From IMG/VR virus record IMGVR_UViG_3300045988_108312: a stretch of DNA of 56,568 bases; one strand, written 5' to 3'. Positions 15,146-24,115 of the stretch are shown here, in pieces; the stretch's first letter is position 1, and each line of letters begins with the position of its first letter. A program made the translations under genes and the position numbers. The notes beneath the pieces were generated by a model. That model ran no database searches. It was not told the DNA's origin and saw only the letters and a list, made by a program, of their open reading frames with translations. This DNA comes from a virus.

Positions 15146-15232
15146 ATGGACAATGTAAACCATCCAAGCTATTACAACTTATCAAGCAACGAAAACGGGC
15201 AGAGTAGGTTCGACTCCTACCGTTGCTATTAG
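15146..15232 (+). CDS. 28-codon ORF with a DUF3310-like N-terminus (MDNVNHPSYYN) that stops inside the tRNA-like minihelix; a truncated or interrupted gene
   Basis: Good RBS AAAGGAG 6 nt upstream; VNHPS(H/Y)Y is the hallmark start of DUF3310 phage proteins (from memory); the rest of that domain is not found downstream. Confidence 0.4.
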   Translation: MDNVNHPSYYNLSSNENGQSRFDSYRCY

Positions 15233-15660
15233 TCCTGTTTTCAGCATTTTGGACAGGACGCACACACTATTTACCTTTTCTTCCGAGATAGGTATGTAAT
15301 CTCCTCTACACCAGTTAGGACTACTGTTAAGGGCGGTGAGAGACCGTCCGACTGGTATCGGTCGAGTGAAATTCCACAACACTTGACCGCTTGGTGAAAC
15401 CCCGAACCATAGCTTACGCAGATATGACCGTTACAGTCGGATTCCCCTTTACTTAATAATTCTTAGTGGTAATAGCTTAAATAGTTACTACGCGAGTAGT
15501 AGATGTGTGGCGGAATGGGTAAACGCAAGCAAAGAAACTGATTGATAGCATGTTTGCCGAGTAATAAGCGGAGACTGTCCGTAATTAGCAACAAGCAGCT
15601 TTCAGAAATCAATCATGTGAGGTTCAAATGAGTATCAACCACCATCTAAAGAAGCGTTGA
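15182..15660 (+). ncRNA. Candidate large structured RNA (unknown class) beginning with a tRNA-like acceptor/T-arm minihelix
   Basis: No + strand ORF. Minihelix: AGCAACG (15185-91) pairs CGTTGCT (15221-27); T arm GTAGG-TTCGACT-CCTAC. Hairpins 15232-59 and 15331-49. Long-range helix 15346-63/15426-42. GCGA tetraloop hairpin 15485-502. Visibly higher GC than the flanks. Confidence 0.5.
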
Positions 15661-15801
15661 GAAATTTCGGCATAAATATTTCAAGAGAAATTTTAGATTA
15701 TTTTAGCGTTCCGAATATTCAGCCTGATAAGATAAAAACAACCGAATTTCCAGAATGGTCATGCCAATATAATCAAGAACCGATTGAGAGAGGTGTTGAG
15801 A

Positions 15802-16200
15802 ATGAAAAGAATACTTAAAATTGTAGCAAAGACATTAATTGAATATGCCAGAATAATTGCTATTTGCTTTGTGGCTTGCGTAATAGGAGCAATTTTTTAT
15901 ATTTTGTTAGGCAAAACAGCATATGCGTGCTATTGGATAGCGGTTATTTTGCTTGTGATTATCAGAGATATAACGATAAAGTCAAAAATGCAGGAAAGCA
16001 AAAAGATTAAATTATTACTTTTACAGTATGAGGACGGCAGTACAAGTTTGTGCGTCGGGGATAAGCAAATTAGGCATATGACAAATATTGATATGCATAT
16101 TGATAAGCTTCAGACAAAACTGGAAGTAGACCAAGTAACAAAAACTGGGAAAGTAACACATGTTGTTTTAATGGACGGTGGGAAGAATGAAGATAATTAG
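15802..16200 (+). CDS. Membrane protein (2 TM helices plus a soluble C-terminal domain)
   Basis: ATG 15802 after GAGAGGTG; IIAICFVACVIGAIFYILLG and YACYWIAVILLVII hydrophobic helices. Confidence 0.65.
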   Translation: MKRILKIVAKTLIEYARIIAICFVACVIGAIFYILLGKTAYACYWIAVILLVIIRDITIKSKMQESKKIKLLLLQYEDGSTSLCVGDKQIRHMTNIDMHIDKLQTKLEVDQVTKTGKVTHVVLMDGGKNEDN

Positions 16201-16369
16201 AGAGGGCAGTTTGGAATTTGCTAAGAAACTTATTCGCTTTGAGTGTAAGGAATGTAAGACCATATTTGAAGCGGATAAGGGAGAATATGAATATTGCGGA
16301 TGCCAGATTGAAGGTGACGAATGGAAAGCTGAATGTCCATTGTGCCACAATACGGTTTATGCAAGATAG
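16187..16369 (+). CDS. Small zinc-ribbon protein
   Basis: ATG 16187 after GGTGGGAAGA; CKEC...CGC...CPLC. Confidence 0.55.
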   Translation: MKIIREGSLEFAKKLIRFECKECKTIFEADKGEYEYCGCQIEGDEWKAECPLCHNTVYAR

Positions 16370-16387
16370 GAAAGAGAGGAAAGATTA

Positions 16388-16933
16388 ATGAAAAATAACT
16401 GGAAAATGGGATTAATAATTGCATCAGGAGTAATAGCGGTCATTGCTTTGTACATATTTGGGGTTCAGAGTTCGCAGAATAAGGCTTTTGTTTTGGAAGA
16501 AGCTGTAGACTCTGCAAAATCTGATATTAGTGTGCAGGAACAACGAAGAGTTGACCTAGTTTACAATCTTGCAGATTGTGTAAAACAGTATGATAAGCAT
16601 GAAGCAGAAACATTAAAAGCTATCGTAGCTGGTCGTGGCTCTACAGGAGATATTGAAAATGCCACAACAGCTATTACAGCGGTTTCAGAAGCATACCCAG
16701 AACTAAAAAGCAATGAAAATTATAAGCAGTTTATGAACGAATTATCTATTACAGAAAATCTGATTGCACAGTACCGGGAAAACTACAATAAGCAGATTAG
16801 AGAATATAAAAGATATGTCAGGAAGTTTCCCACAAGAATGTTTTTGGATATGTTGGGATATGAGGAACGGGAATACAAGTATCTTGAATATGATGCCCCA
16901 GAAAAAGCACCGCAAAATCTATTTGGAGATTGA
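16388..16933 (+). CDS. lemA: LemA family membrane protein
   Basis: N-terminal TM then QRRVDLVYNLADCVKQYDKHEAETL...AYPELKSNENYKQFMNEL..TENLIAQYRENYNKQIREYKRYVRKFP, a typical LemA layout. Confidence 0.85.
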   Translation: MKNNWKMGLIIASGVIAVIALYIFGVQSSQNKAFVLEEAVDSAKSDISVQEQRRVDLVYNLADCVKQYDKHEAETLKAIVAGRGSTGDIENATTAITAVSEAYPELKSNENYKQFMNELSITENLIAQYRENYNKQIREYKRYVRKFPTRMFLDMLGYEEREYKYLEYDAPEKAPQNLFGD

Positions 16934-16935
16934 TT

Positions 16936-17697
16936 ATGAGTAATTTTGAGATAACCAAAAGGGAAATACTTGCAAGCATCACTATTGTTGCTATCATGTT
17001 ACTTTTCGGTGTATTGATTTCAGAGAAAATATCAGAAAGCCAGGCAGATGAAAATGATATGTATAACAAAGCAATTCATATTGAATCTACAGATATTTTC
17101 CAATATGGAATGAACACAAATGTAGGTAACGCCTTTGTATATGGAGACTTGAAAGCAGTTGACACGGTTGCATATCCAGAAATAGGCGGCGAATACATTT
17201 ATGTGAAAAAAGTAGAAGAAAGATACGAAAAGCATGAAAGAGAAGTAACTAAGACAGATTCTAAGGGAAAAAAATATACGAAAACCGAAGAATACTATCG
17301 GTGGGACACATACGATTCAGAATCTTTACAGTCAGAAAAAGTCTCTTTCCTTGGAATAGTATTTCCGTGTGCTAAAATTAATTTGCCCAGTGCAGATTAT
17401 ATAACAACTATAAACGGTGGAAAAACATACAGTTGGAAATCTGGGGAATATGTAAAAGTAAAATTTGTTTACTATGGCATAGGAACAGAATTTATAGGAA
17501 CTATATTCACAGATTTGAGAGACGGAACAATTTCAGATAAAACAAATTTTTACAATGGATTATCTATTGACGATACGATTAACATATTGGAAACAAACGG
17601 AAAAATTGGAATTGTTTTGTTTTGGATTTTTTGGATTATCTTAACAGGGTCTTGCGTATTTGGATTTTACTATTTGGATAATGCATGGATTGAATAA
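16936..17697 (+). CDS. Membrane protein with N- and C-terminal TM helices flanking a ~200-aa domain (GIDE-like architecture, the type often paired with LemA)
   Basis: ATG 16936 lies 6 nt after GGAGA (the track TTG 16930 abuts the RBS); ILASITIVAIMLLFGVLI ... IGIVLFWIFWIILTGSCVFGFYYL. Confidence 0.6.
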   Translation: MSNFEITKREILASITIVAIMLLFGVLISEKISESQADENDMYNKAIHIESTDIFQYGMNTNVGNAFVYGDLKAVDTVAYPEIGGEYIYVKKVEERYEKHEREVTKTDSKGKKYTKTEEYYRWDTYDSESLQSEKVSFLGIVFPCAKINLPSADYITTINGGKTYSWKSGEYVKVKFVYYGIGTEFIGTIFTDLRDGTISDKTNFYNGLSIDDTINILETNGKIGIVLFWIFWIILTGSCVFGFYYLDNAWIE

Positions 17698-17747
17698 AAT
17701 AAATTAAAAATAATTTAGTTGTTGATTATCAGCGGAAAAGAGATTTT

Positions 17748-18119
17748 ATGAAAAAAATTTTTAAAACCATTATTCCCATTATTGTTATTGTTGTTAGCAT
17801 TGTTGCACTGATATTATTTTTAAATTGGGCTAATAAAACCAAAAAATACGAATATGAAATAGAAGAGATACAAAGTGGTATTTATGTTAGATACCAAATT
17901 ACAGCTTCATGTACGCCAGCTTACAACTATGAGATAATTACAGTTTGCATAAATGGACGACTGATAACCTACAAGGGAAGCGTTGAATTTATTTTTGTAG
18001 AAAATGAGAACAAAATCGAAGTCACAGAAAAACCTAATATGGTTCATGGCGATAAAGTCATTGTCTATACTTCAAAAGACAGTGTCGAATACTTAGGAAC
18101 TGTAGAAATTGGCAAATAA
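17748..18119 (+). CDS. Small membrane-anchored beta-rich protein
   Basis: N-terminal TM IIPIIVIVVSIVALILFL; weak RBS. Confidence 0.6.
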   Translation: MKKIFKTIIPIIVIVVSIVALILFLNWANKTKKYEYEIEEIQSGIYVRYQITASCTPAYNYEIITVCINGRLITYKGSVEFIFVENENKIEVTEKPNMVHGDKVIVYTSKDSVEYLGTVEIGK

Positions 18120-18203
18120 ATATATTTACCGGCTAACAAATGGAGTTAGTCGCTAACCTAGAAAAATTATAGGCAGAGGTCAAGGCACTTCTGCTATGCG
18201 GAG

Positions 18204-19976
18204 GTGTCCTTTTTGGCAAGTAAGGATTTAATAAACCAGTTAAAAGGTAATGACAATTACATAGAGCGAAAAGGAATCCATAACATTGTTAAAAATGGGG
18301 AATCCGAAGAAGTAATAAATGCCTATGTCAATTCTATACAGTGGGGTATGTATAATGACAAAGACATACCATTCTCACTGGAAATTTCCAATAAAACAAA
18401 GAAATTAATAGACAGCATAGTTGCGGAAAGCACAGGCGGCGGTCATATTGACGATTTAGAGATATACTGCGGAGATAATAACGCCGAATTTTTAGTCTTA
18501 AATAACTACTATGAGGTATTAAGACTGGAATCCGCATACCTGGTAGACAGCTTTTTCCGATATATTGAGATTGACGAAAAAGACCCATACAAGAGATTTT
18601 ATTTTCCGAGAAAGAAAGTATTACAGCCAGTTGTAGGTGCTTACCAAGAAATATATGACGGTAAACTTGATTTTCTGTCCGTATCACAGCCTAAACGTAC
18701 TGGAAAAACTACAGGCGGATTGCGACTTGCTATGATGATGGGCGGTCGTGACCCGGATGGCAGTATATTTGGCGTTGGTAAAGGAGAAGGACTTGTTAAG
18801 CGATTTTATGGCGGTTTGTTACAAGGATTTGAAACAGAAAGCACGTACAAAAGATTCTTAAGTGTTTTCCCAGAAGCAACGAAGATAGGAGAAAATTACA
18901 AGAGTGCTGAAAATCTTTCAATTGACCTTAAAAAGAAAAATATATTCCCGACATTCACTTGTAGACCTATAGACGGTGCCATTGTAGGATGTACCGAAGC
19001 AAATGTTCTTGTATACATTGACGACTGCGTAAAAAACCACGAAGAAGCAAGGAATCGTGACCGCCTGGAGTTCCTTTGCGAAAAGGTTACGGATGATGTA
19101 CTTGGACGTAGATTAGAGGGTACGCCTATTATTATACAGGGAACTAAATACAGTCTGTATGACCCGATTACAGCACTACAGAATAAAGCTGATGAATTGG
19201 AGTGGAGATGGAAAGAGGTTGCGATTCCGGCGCTTGACCCGATCACAGATGAAAGCAATTGGGAGATTTATCGAAAAGATAAAAAGGGATTGCGGAAGAT
19301 ATTCACAACCGTTTACTACCAAAAGGAAAGAAAACTTGTTTCGGAAGAAACGTGGGCGGCAGAGTTCCAACAAGAACCATTTGAAGCAAAAGGGCGAATG
19401 TTTGCAGAGAATGAGCTTAATTACTTTGAAGAATTACCAATTGACAGAGAACCAGATGCGATCATGGCGGCTTGCGATAGCGCAGATAAGGGAGAAGACA
19501 GTTGCTCAATGCCTATTGGTTATGTATACGGAAATGAGGTTTATATCGTAGATGTAGTGTTTGACAACGCCGGAACACAGTTTACCAAGCCGGAATGCGC
19601 AAATATGCTTATTAAGCACAACGTAAAGACGGTGACCTTTGAAAGCAACAGTGCAGGAGAATATTTCGGACGTGATGTAATGGAGCTTGTTAAAAAACTG
19701 GGTGGAAGATGCAGTGCAAGGTTTAAATTCAACTGTACTAACAAGATAACCAGAATGGAAAACGCTAGAGATAATATCATCCGTGATTATTATTTCAGAG
19801 ATTTTAAGAAAATGGACAGGCAAAGTCAGTATTACAAATTCATGAAAGAACTTACGACCATAACAAGAAGTGGAAAAGTAAAGCATGATGATGCACCGGA
19901 CTCTATAGCATTGTTTGAGAATGAAATGAGAAACGGTGGTATTAAGACAACTGTTATTATGCAAAGTCCTATTTAG
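18204..19976 (+). CDS. terL: Terminase large subunit
   Basis: Walker A SQPKRTGKTT, Walker B VLVYIDD, C-terminal RNaseH-like nuclease (ACDSADKGED...HDDAPDS). Start is GTG 18204 or, better spaced from GGAGG, TTG 18213. Confidence 0.9.
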   Translation: MSFLASKDLINQLKGNDNYIERKGIHNIVKNGESEEVINAYVNSIQWGMYNDKDIPFSLEISNKTKKLIDSIVAESTGGGHIDDLEIYCGDNNAEFLVLNNYYEVLRLESAYLVDSFFRYIEIDEKDPYKRFYFPRKKVLQPVVGAYQEIYDGKLDFLSVSQPKRTGKTTGGLRLAMMMGGRDPDGSIFGVGKGEGLVKRFYGGLLQGFETESTYKRFLSVFPEATKIGENYKSAENLSIDLKKKNIFPTFTCRPIDGAIVGCTEANVLVYIDDCVKNHEEARNRDRLEFLCEKVTDDVLGRRLEGTPIIIQGTKYSLYDPITALQNKADELEWRWKEVAIPALDPITDESNWEIYRKDKKGLRKIFTTVYYQKERKLVSEETWAAEFQQEPFEAKGRMFAENELNYFEELPIDREPDAIMAACDSADKGEDSCSMPIGYVYGNEVYIVDVVFDNAGTQFTKPECANMLIKHNVKTVTFESNSAGEYFGRDVMELVKKLGGRCSARFKFNCTNKITRMENARDNIIRDYYFRDFKKMDRQSQYYKFMKELTTITRSGKVKHDDAPDSIALFENEMRNGGIKTTVIMQSPI

Positions 19977-19989
19977 GAGAGGAGTAAGT

Positions 19990-20418
19990 ATGCAGACAAA
20001 GGAATATCTTAACCAGATAAGCAGGCTGAATAGAATGATTAATAACAAACTGGTGGAAATACAGCAGTTGCGAGAAATGGCTTGCAATGTTACGGCTATA
20101 CAGAATGATGAACGTGTAAAGTCTACCCCAGACCTAGACAAGTTAGGTGCTACGTTCTCTAAAATTGATGAAATGGAACGTGAGCTTGACTGCATGATAG
20201 ATGGATATGTTGACAAGAAAAATACGATTATAAGCCAGATAGACAGCATGGAAGATGAGAATGTCTATAACATTCTTTTTGCAAGGTACATTGAGAAAAA
20301 GACATTTGAAGTAATGGCAACTGAAATGAATTACTCTTTTAGGAATATTACTAGGCTACATGGCAGGGCATTAAAGGAATTTGAAAAAAAATACGGTGAA
20401 CAGTATATTGGATCATGA
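19990..20418 (+). CDS. Sigma-70 region-4-like phage transcriptional regulator (DUF1492/RinA-like class)
   Basis: ATG 19990 after GGAGAGGAG; YNILFARYIEKKTFEVMATEMNYSFRNITRLHGRALKEFEKK. Confidence 0.6.
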   Translation: MQTKEYLNQISRLNRMINNKLVEIQQLREMACNVTAIQNDERVKSTPDLDKLGATFSKIDEMERELDCMIDGYVDKKNTIISQIDSMEDENVYNILFARYIEKKTFEVMATEMNYSFRNITRLHGRALKEFEKKYGEQYIGS

Positions 20419-20503
20419 TGTTGTCCTAGAATGTCCTATATACAGCGTGGTATCATTAAAATGGTTAAAGACCAAATCAATAAGTTTTCACACCTCTCTC
20501 AAA

Positions 20504-20536
20504 AAGGCATCGTTTTCATGACGGTGCCTTTTTTAA
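20504..20536 (+). terminator. Rho-independent terminator
   Basis: AAGGCATCGT-tttcatg-ACGGTGCCTT followed by TTTT. Confidence 0.8.
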
Positions 20537-20557
20537 TGCATAAAAGGGGGATTTATC

Positions 20558-20752
20558 TTGATAGAATCAAAAACAATATACTGTCCAATATGTCATAGAA
20601 CGGTAGGCAGGCATGATATGCGGTCACAGACAAATACAATCTGTAAGTGCCGCAAATGTGAAAAGAGAATCATATACCACTATGACACAGGAGAGACAGA
20701 AGCAAAGAGATTACCACAGAGAGCCACATCAAGCGGCGTATCATTTGTTTAA
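20558..20752 (+). CDS. Cys4 zinc-ribbon small protein
   Basis: TTG start 6 nt after AAGGGGGA; CPIC...CKCRKC. Confidence 0.55.
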   Translation: MIESKTIYCPICHRTVGRHDMRSQTNTICKCRKCEKRIIYHYDTGETEAKRLPQRATSSGVSFV

Positions 20753-20764
20753 GGAGCAGTTATC

Positions 20765-22333
20765 ATGCATGCAGGAAGAAATGTTATCTATACAGACGTG
20801 CCAGAGATTACAAGGGAAAATGTAATTTCTGTATTACGTGAAGCAGTAATTGAACATGAATTGAATGGGCAAATGACGCAGTATCTTCTTGATTATGATG
20901 CAGGAAATCAGCCGTTACAGCGTGTTAAAAAGACCAGAACGGACATTGACATTCACTGCATAGATAACGTTGCAAACGAAATAACGGAGTTCTGGTGCGG
21001 TTTTGCTTTTGGTAATCCGATAACACTTGTACAGCGTGGAAAAGAGAAAGAAAGCATTGCAAGAGCCGTATCAATGTTGAATGATTGCTACGAGACAGAA
21101 AATGTAAAGGCAAAAACGCAGGAGCTTGGAAGATATCTGGAGATTTGCGGCGTCGGATATGTCTATGTAGATGTTAATATGGATTGGAAAGACGGAGACA
21201 GCTATTTCACATTAGATGTGTTAGACCCAAGAACATCATTTGTAGTACGATCAAATTATTACCCAGACCACAGGGTAATGTTAGGCGTTACTTACAGGCA
21301 GAATAAGAGAACGAAAGAAAAACATTTTACCTGTTTCTCAAAAAATATGCGCTTTGAAATTTTAGACCAGAGCGAAATACTCAACGGAGAAACAGTTACT
21401 TCAAAATGGGGGCATAAGGAACGAAGCGGAGAAGAAAATCCACTAGGACGCATCCCTATAGTTGAGTATATCCGTTCATACGACAGGACAGGCGTGTTTG
21501 AGAGACAGATATCAGAGCTTGATAATATAAATCTTATGATATCCGATTTTTCCAATGACGTAGACCAGAATACACAAGTAATATGGCATGGTAATGATGT
21601 TGTATTCCCTACAGAAAATGTAGAGGATGCAGACGGAAATATGGTAGAAGTCGTAAAGAAGCCAGTAGCAAATGAATGGGTGCTTACTTACACGCCAGAT
21701 AGCGGCAAATCACCTACTATTAAACCGTTGACCGTTGACTATGATTACTCTGGTATGCTGAATAACATTGTCACTAGACGTTCTCTTGTATTACAGAAAT
21801 GCAATGTGCCACAGAGAAATGACAATAGCGGTGGCAGTACTGGTATCGCTATGAGTGATGCAACGGGTTGGAGTTCCGCTGAAAATGCGGCGGCAAAACA
21901 GCAAATGATTATTGACTCCTGTAAGATGGAAGAAGTAAAAGTTGTCCTTGCTGCAATTGCCATATCTCCAGATGTTGAGACAGGAAACCCATTACTCAAT
22001 CTTAAAGCATCTGATATGCAGACAAATGTAAAACGCCAGAAAACCTATGAAATGACTACTAAAGCTAATGCAATAGCAACACTATTAAGTCATGGAATTT
22101 ACGGCGAAGATGTTTTGAATGCTATAGCGTTTTTTGATGACCCTAACGAAGTATGGCAGAGAAGCAAAGATTTGATTGAAAAATATCAGAGTAGCATATT
22201 CGATAAAAGCACCAATAATGAAGCAGTCGGCGGTTCTGATGAGAAAAGTCCAAATTCAGACAGGACAATGCAGGATTTGTCAGATCAGATAGATAATAGC
22301 CCTGTCATTGATAAAAGCAGGACGGATAAGTAA
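20765..22333 (+). CDS. Portal protein (SPP1 gp6-like)
   Basis: 522 aa directly after the terL region; RBS AAGGAG; N-terminal motifs typical of SPP1-type portals. Confidence 0.85.
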   Translation: MHAGRNVIYTDVPEITRENVISVLREAVIEHELNGQMTQYLLDYDAGNQPLQRVKKTRTDIDIHCIDNVANEITEFWCGFAFGNPITLVQRGKEKESIARAVSMLNDCYETENVKAKTQELGRYLEICGVGYVYVDVNMDWKDGDSYFTLDVLDPRTSFVVRSNYYPDHRVMLGVTYRQNKRTKEKHFTCFSKNMRFEILDQSEILNGETVTSKWGHKERSGEENPLGRIPIVEYIRSYDRTGVFERQISELDNINLMISDFSNDVDQNTQVIWHGNDVVFPTENVEDADGNMVEVVKKPVANEWVLTYTPDSGKSPTIKPLTVDYDYSGMLNNIVTRRSLVLQKCNVPQRNDNSGGSTGIAMSDATGWSSAENAAAKQQMIIDSCKMEEVKVVLAAIAISPDVETGNPLLNLKASDMQTNVKRQKTYEMTTKANAIATLLSHGIYGEDVLNAIAFFDDPNEVWQRSKDLIEKYQSSIFDKSTNNEAVGGSDEKSPNSDRTMQDLSDQIDNSPVIDKSRTDK

Positions 22334-22369
22334 CTTATAAATGAAGATTGAATAACAAACTGATATTGA

Positions 22370-22399
22370 GCCATTAGGAGTTTTCCTAGTGGCTTTTTA
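22370..22399 (+). terminator. Rho-independent terminator
   Basis: GCCATTAGGA-gtttt-TCCTAGTGGC followed by TTTTT. Confidence 0.75.
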
Positions 22400-22487
22400 T
22401 ATTTCAAATGTCAGGGAAGACAATAATCGCAAAACTTAGAGAAAAAGTATAAAGAGCGAATTGCTAGAAAGAATGAGGTAATTAACT

Positions 22488-23069
22488 ATGGCAGATGTAA
22501 ACACAGAAGTAACTACAGAAAATCAGCAGCCGAATACAGATAGTCAGCAGAATGACACGCCTACTGTTGAAGAATTAATGACACAGCTTGCCAGTGAAAG
22601 AGCTGAAAAGGAATCTTACAAAAACAAGGCTGATAAGGCTAGTTCGGAAGCGGCACAGTACAAGAAACAGCTACGCTCTAAGCAGACAGCAGAGGAGCAG
22701 GAAGCGGAAGCCAAGGCAGAAGCGGAAAGATTGCAAGCTGAAAAATTCGAGTCTATGAGCAAAGAATTGAATCATATCAAGGCGGTTGCAGCTTATCAGA
22801 AAGGTATTTCTGATGATAACGACATAGAGTCATTGATCGAAGCAGTTGCGGACGGTGACCATAGTTCGATACTTGCAGTTTTTGAGAATGAATATCAAAG
22901 AAGAATCAAAGCGGAAAAGACAGAATGGATGAAGTCAAGACCGCAGGTAAATGCAGGAGCAGGAGATAACAGCGCACCTAGTAAAGAACAGTTTGCAAAG
23001 ATGAGCTATCAGCAGCGTGTTGAATTTAAAAATCAGTACCCAGAAATTTATAAGAAATATACAGAATAA
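22488..23069 (+). CDS. Capsid scaffolding protein
   Basis: Charged coiled-coil protein (EEQEAEAKAEAERLQAEK) immediately upstream of the major capsid gene. Confidence 0.7.
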   Translation: MADVNTEVTTENQQPNTDSQQNDTPTVEELMTQLASERAEKESYKNKADKASSEAAQYKKQLRSKQTAEEQEAEAKAEAERLQAEKFESMSKELNHIKAVAAYQKGISDDNDIESLIEAVADGDHSSILAVFENEYQRRIKAEKTEWMKSRPQVNAGAGDNSAPSKEQFAKMSYQQRVEFKNQYPEIYKKYTE

Positions 23070-23083
23070 CGGAGGTAAAAAAT

Positions 23084-24103
23084 ATGGCACAGACAAAATT
23101 AGCCAATTTAGTAGACCCACAGGTTATGGCAGATATGGTATCTGCTAAGTTACCTAAGAAGATCAAGTTTGCACCAATCGCAAGAATTGACAGCACATTG
23201 GTAGGCAGACCAGGCAGTACAATTATCGTACCCAAATATGCATATATCGGTGATGCAGAGGACGTAGCAGAAGGTGTGGCTATGGGAACTACCGTACTTA
23301 CAACAACTACTACAGAAGCAAAGGTAAAGAAGGCAGGAAAGGCAGTAGAAATTACAGACGAAGCGGCTTTATCTGGTTATGGCGACCCTATCGGCACGGC
23401 TATTAACCAGTTAGCAATGTCTGTAGCAGCAAAAGTAGATAACGACAGTTATGACGCTTTGTGTGGAGCATCTCTTACATATGATGGTACAAGCGCAGCA
23501 ATAAGTTATTCTGCTGTGGTAGCTGCTAACAGCAAGTTTGATGATGAGTCGGATGCTTCTCTTACAAAAATCCTGTTTATCAATCCAGAGCAGGAAGCAA
23601 CGTTACTTAATGATGATGACTTCAAGAGTAATGATAAGTACCCACTCAATGTAATTATGAATGGTACAATCGGCTCTATCGCAGGCGCACAGGTCGTCAA
23701 ATCTAAGAAAGTAAAGCTGATAAAGTACACAAAGAATGCAAGCGGTACTATCACAATCGTAGCAGATGGAACAGCAGAGGACACAACAAACATTCATCTG
23801 GACACAGCACTTGCACATACTCTTAATGAGAAGTTGGCAGTAGGAGATAAGGTAAACACCGTTTCCACTGAATACTGGGCTTGCCCTATCGTTATTGTGT
23901 CCGCAGAAGACCCTAACGAAGACCCAAGTGCAGACGGTGCATCCGAAGAGGAAAGCGCACTGACAATCTACATGAAGAGAGCAGTTGAGATTGAATCTGA
24001 CAGAGACATTCTTGCAAAGACAACTGTTATTTCTGCTGATGAACATTACACAGCAGTATTGAGCAATGAGTCCAAGGTTGTTCTTGCTAAGTTTGGCAAG
24101 TAA
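23084..24103 (+). CDS. Major capsid protein
   Basis: 339 aa; RBS GGAGG; MAQTKLANLVDPQVMADMVSAKLPKKIKFAPIARID... typical capsid N-terminus; position. Confidence 0.85.
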   Translation: MAQTKLANLVDPQVMADMVSAKLPKKIKFAPIARIDSTLVGRPGSTIIVPKYAYIGDAEDVAEGVAMGTTVLTTTTTEAKVKKAGKAVEITDEAALSGYGDPIGTAINQLAMSVAAKVDNDSYDALCGASLTYDGTSAAISYSAVVAANSKFDDESDASLTKILFINPEQEATLLNDDDFKSNDKYPLNVIMNGTIGSIAGAQVVKSKKVKLIKYTKNASGTITIVADGTAEDTTNIHLDTALAHTLNEKLAVGDKVNTVSTEYWACPIVIVSAEDPNEDPSADGASEEESALTIYMKRAVEIESDRDILAKTTVISADEHYTAVLSNESKVVLAKFGK

Positions 24104-24115
24104 GGCGGTGATTTG

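Noticed and set aside
15185-15228. tmRNA or canonical tRNA
   Set aside because: The acceptor and T arms are perfect, but only 12 nt separate them. There is no G3:U70 pair, no encoded CCA, and no tag-like reading frame ending in ..LAA downstream.
15182-15382. 66-aa minus-strand ORF in the structured region
   Set aside because: It is antisense to the tRNA-like minihelix and hairpins, has no RBS, and its composition looks random. Most likely spurious.
7234-15790. Stop-codon reassignment as an explanation for the long ORF-free regions
   Set aside because: All structural and replication genes read through cleanly in the standard code. In the stretches I hand-translated (7540-7700, 15440-15660), TAA, TAG and TGA all occur in every frame.
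19506-20249. 247-aa minus-strand ORF (also 31143..31757, 9965..10531, 12403..12885, 47047..47451, 4545..4931, 4855..5259 and other antisense ORFs)
   Set aside because: All lie antisense to well-supported + strand genes (terL, tape measure, etc.), are Ser/Leu/Ile/Cys-rich low complexity, and lack RBSs. These are typical shadow ORFs in AT-rich DNA.
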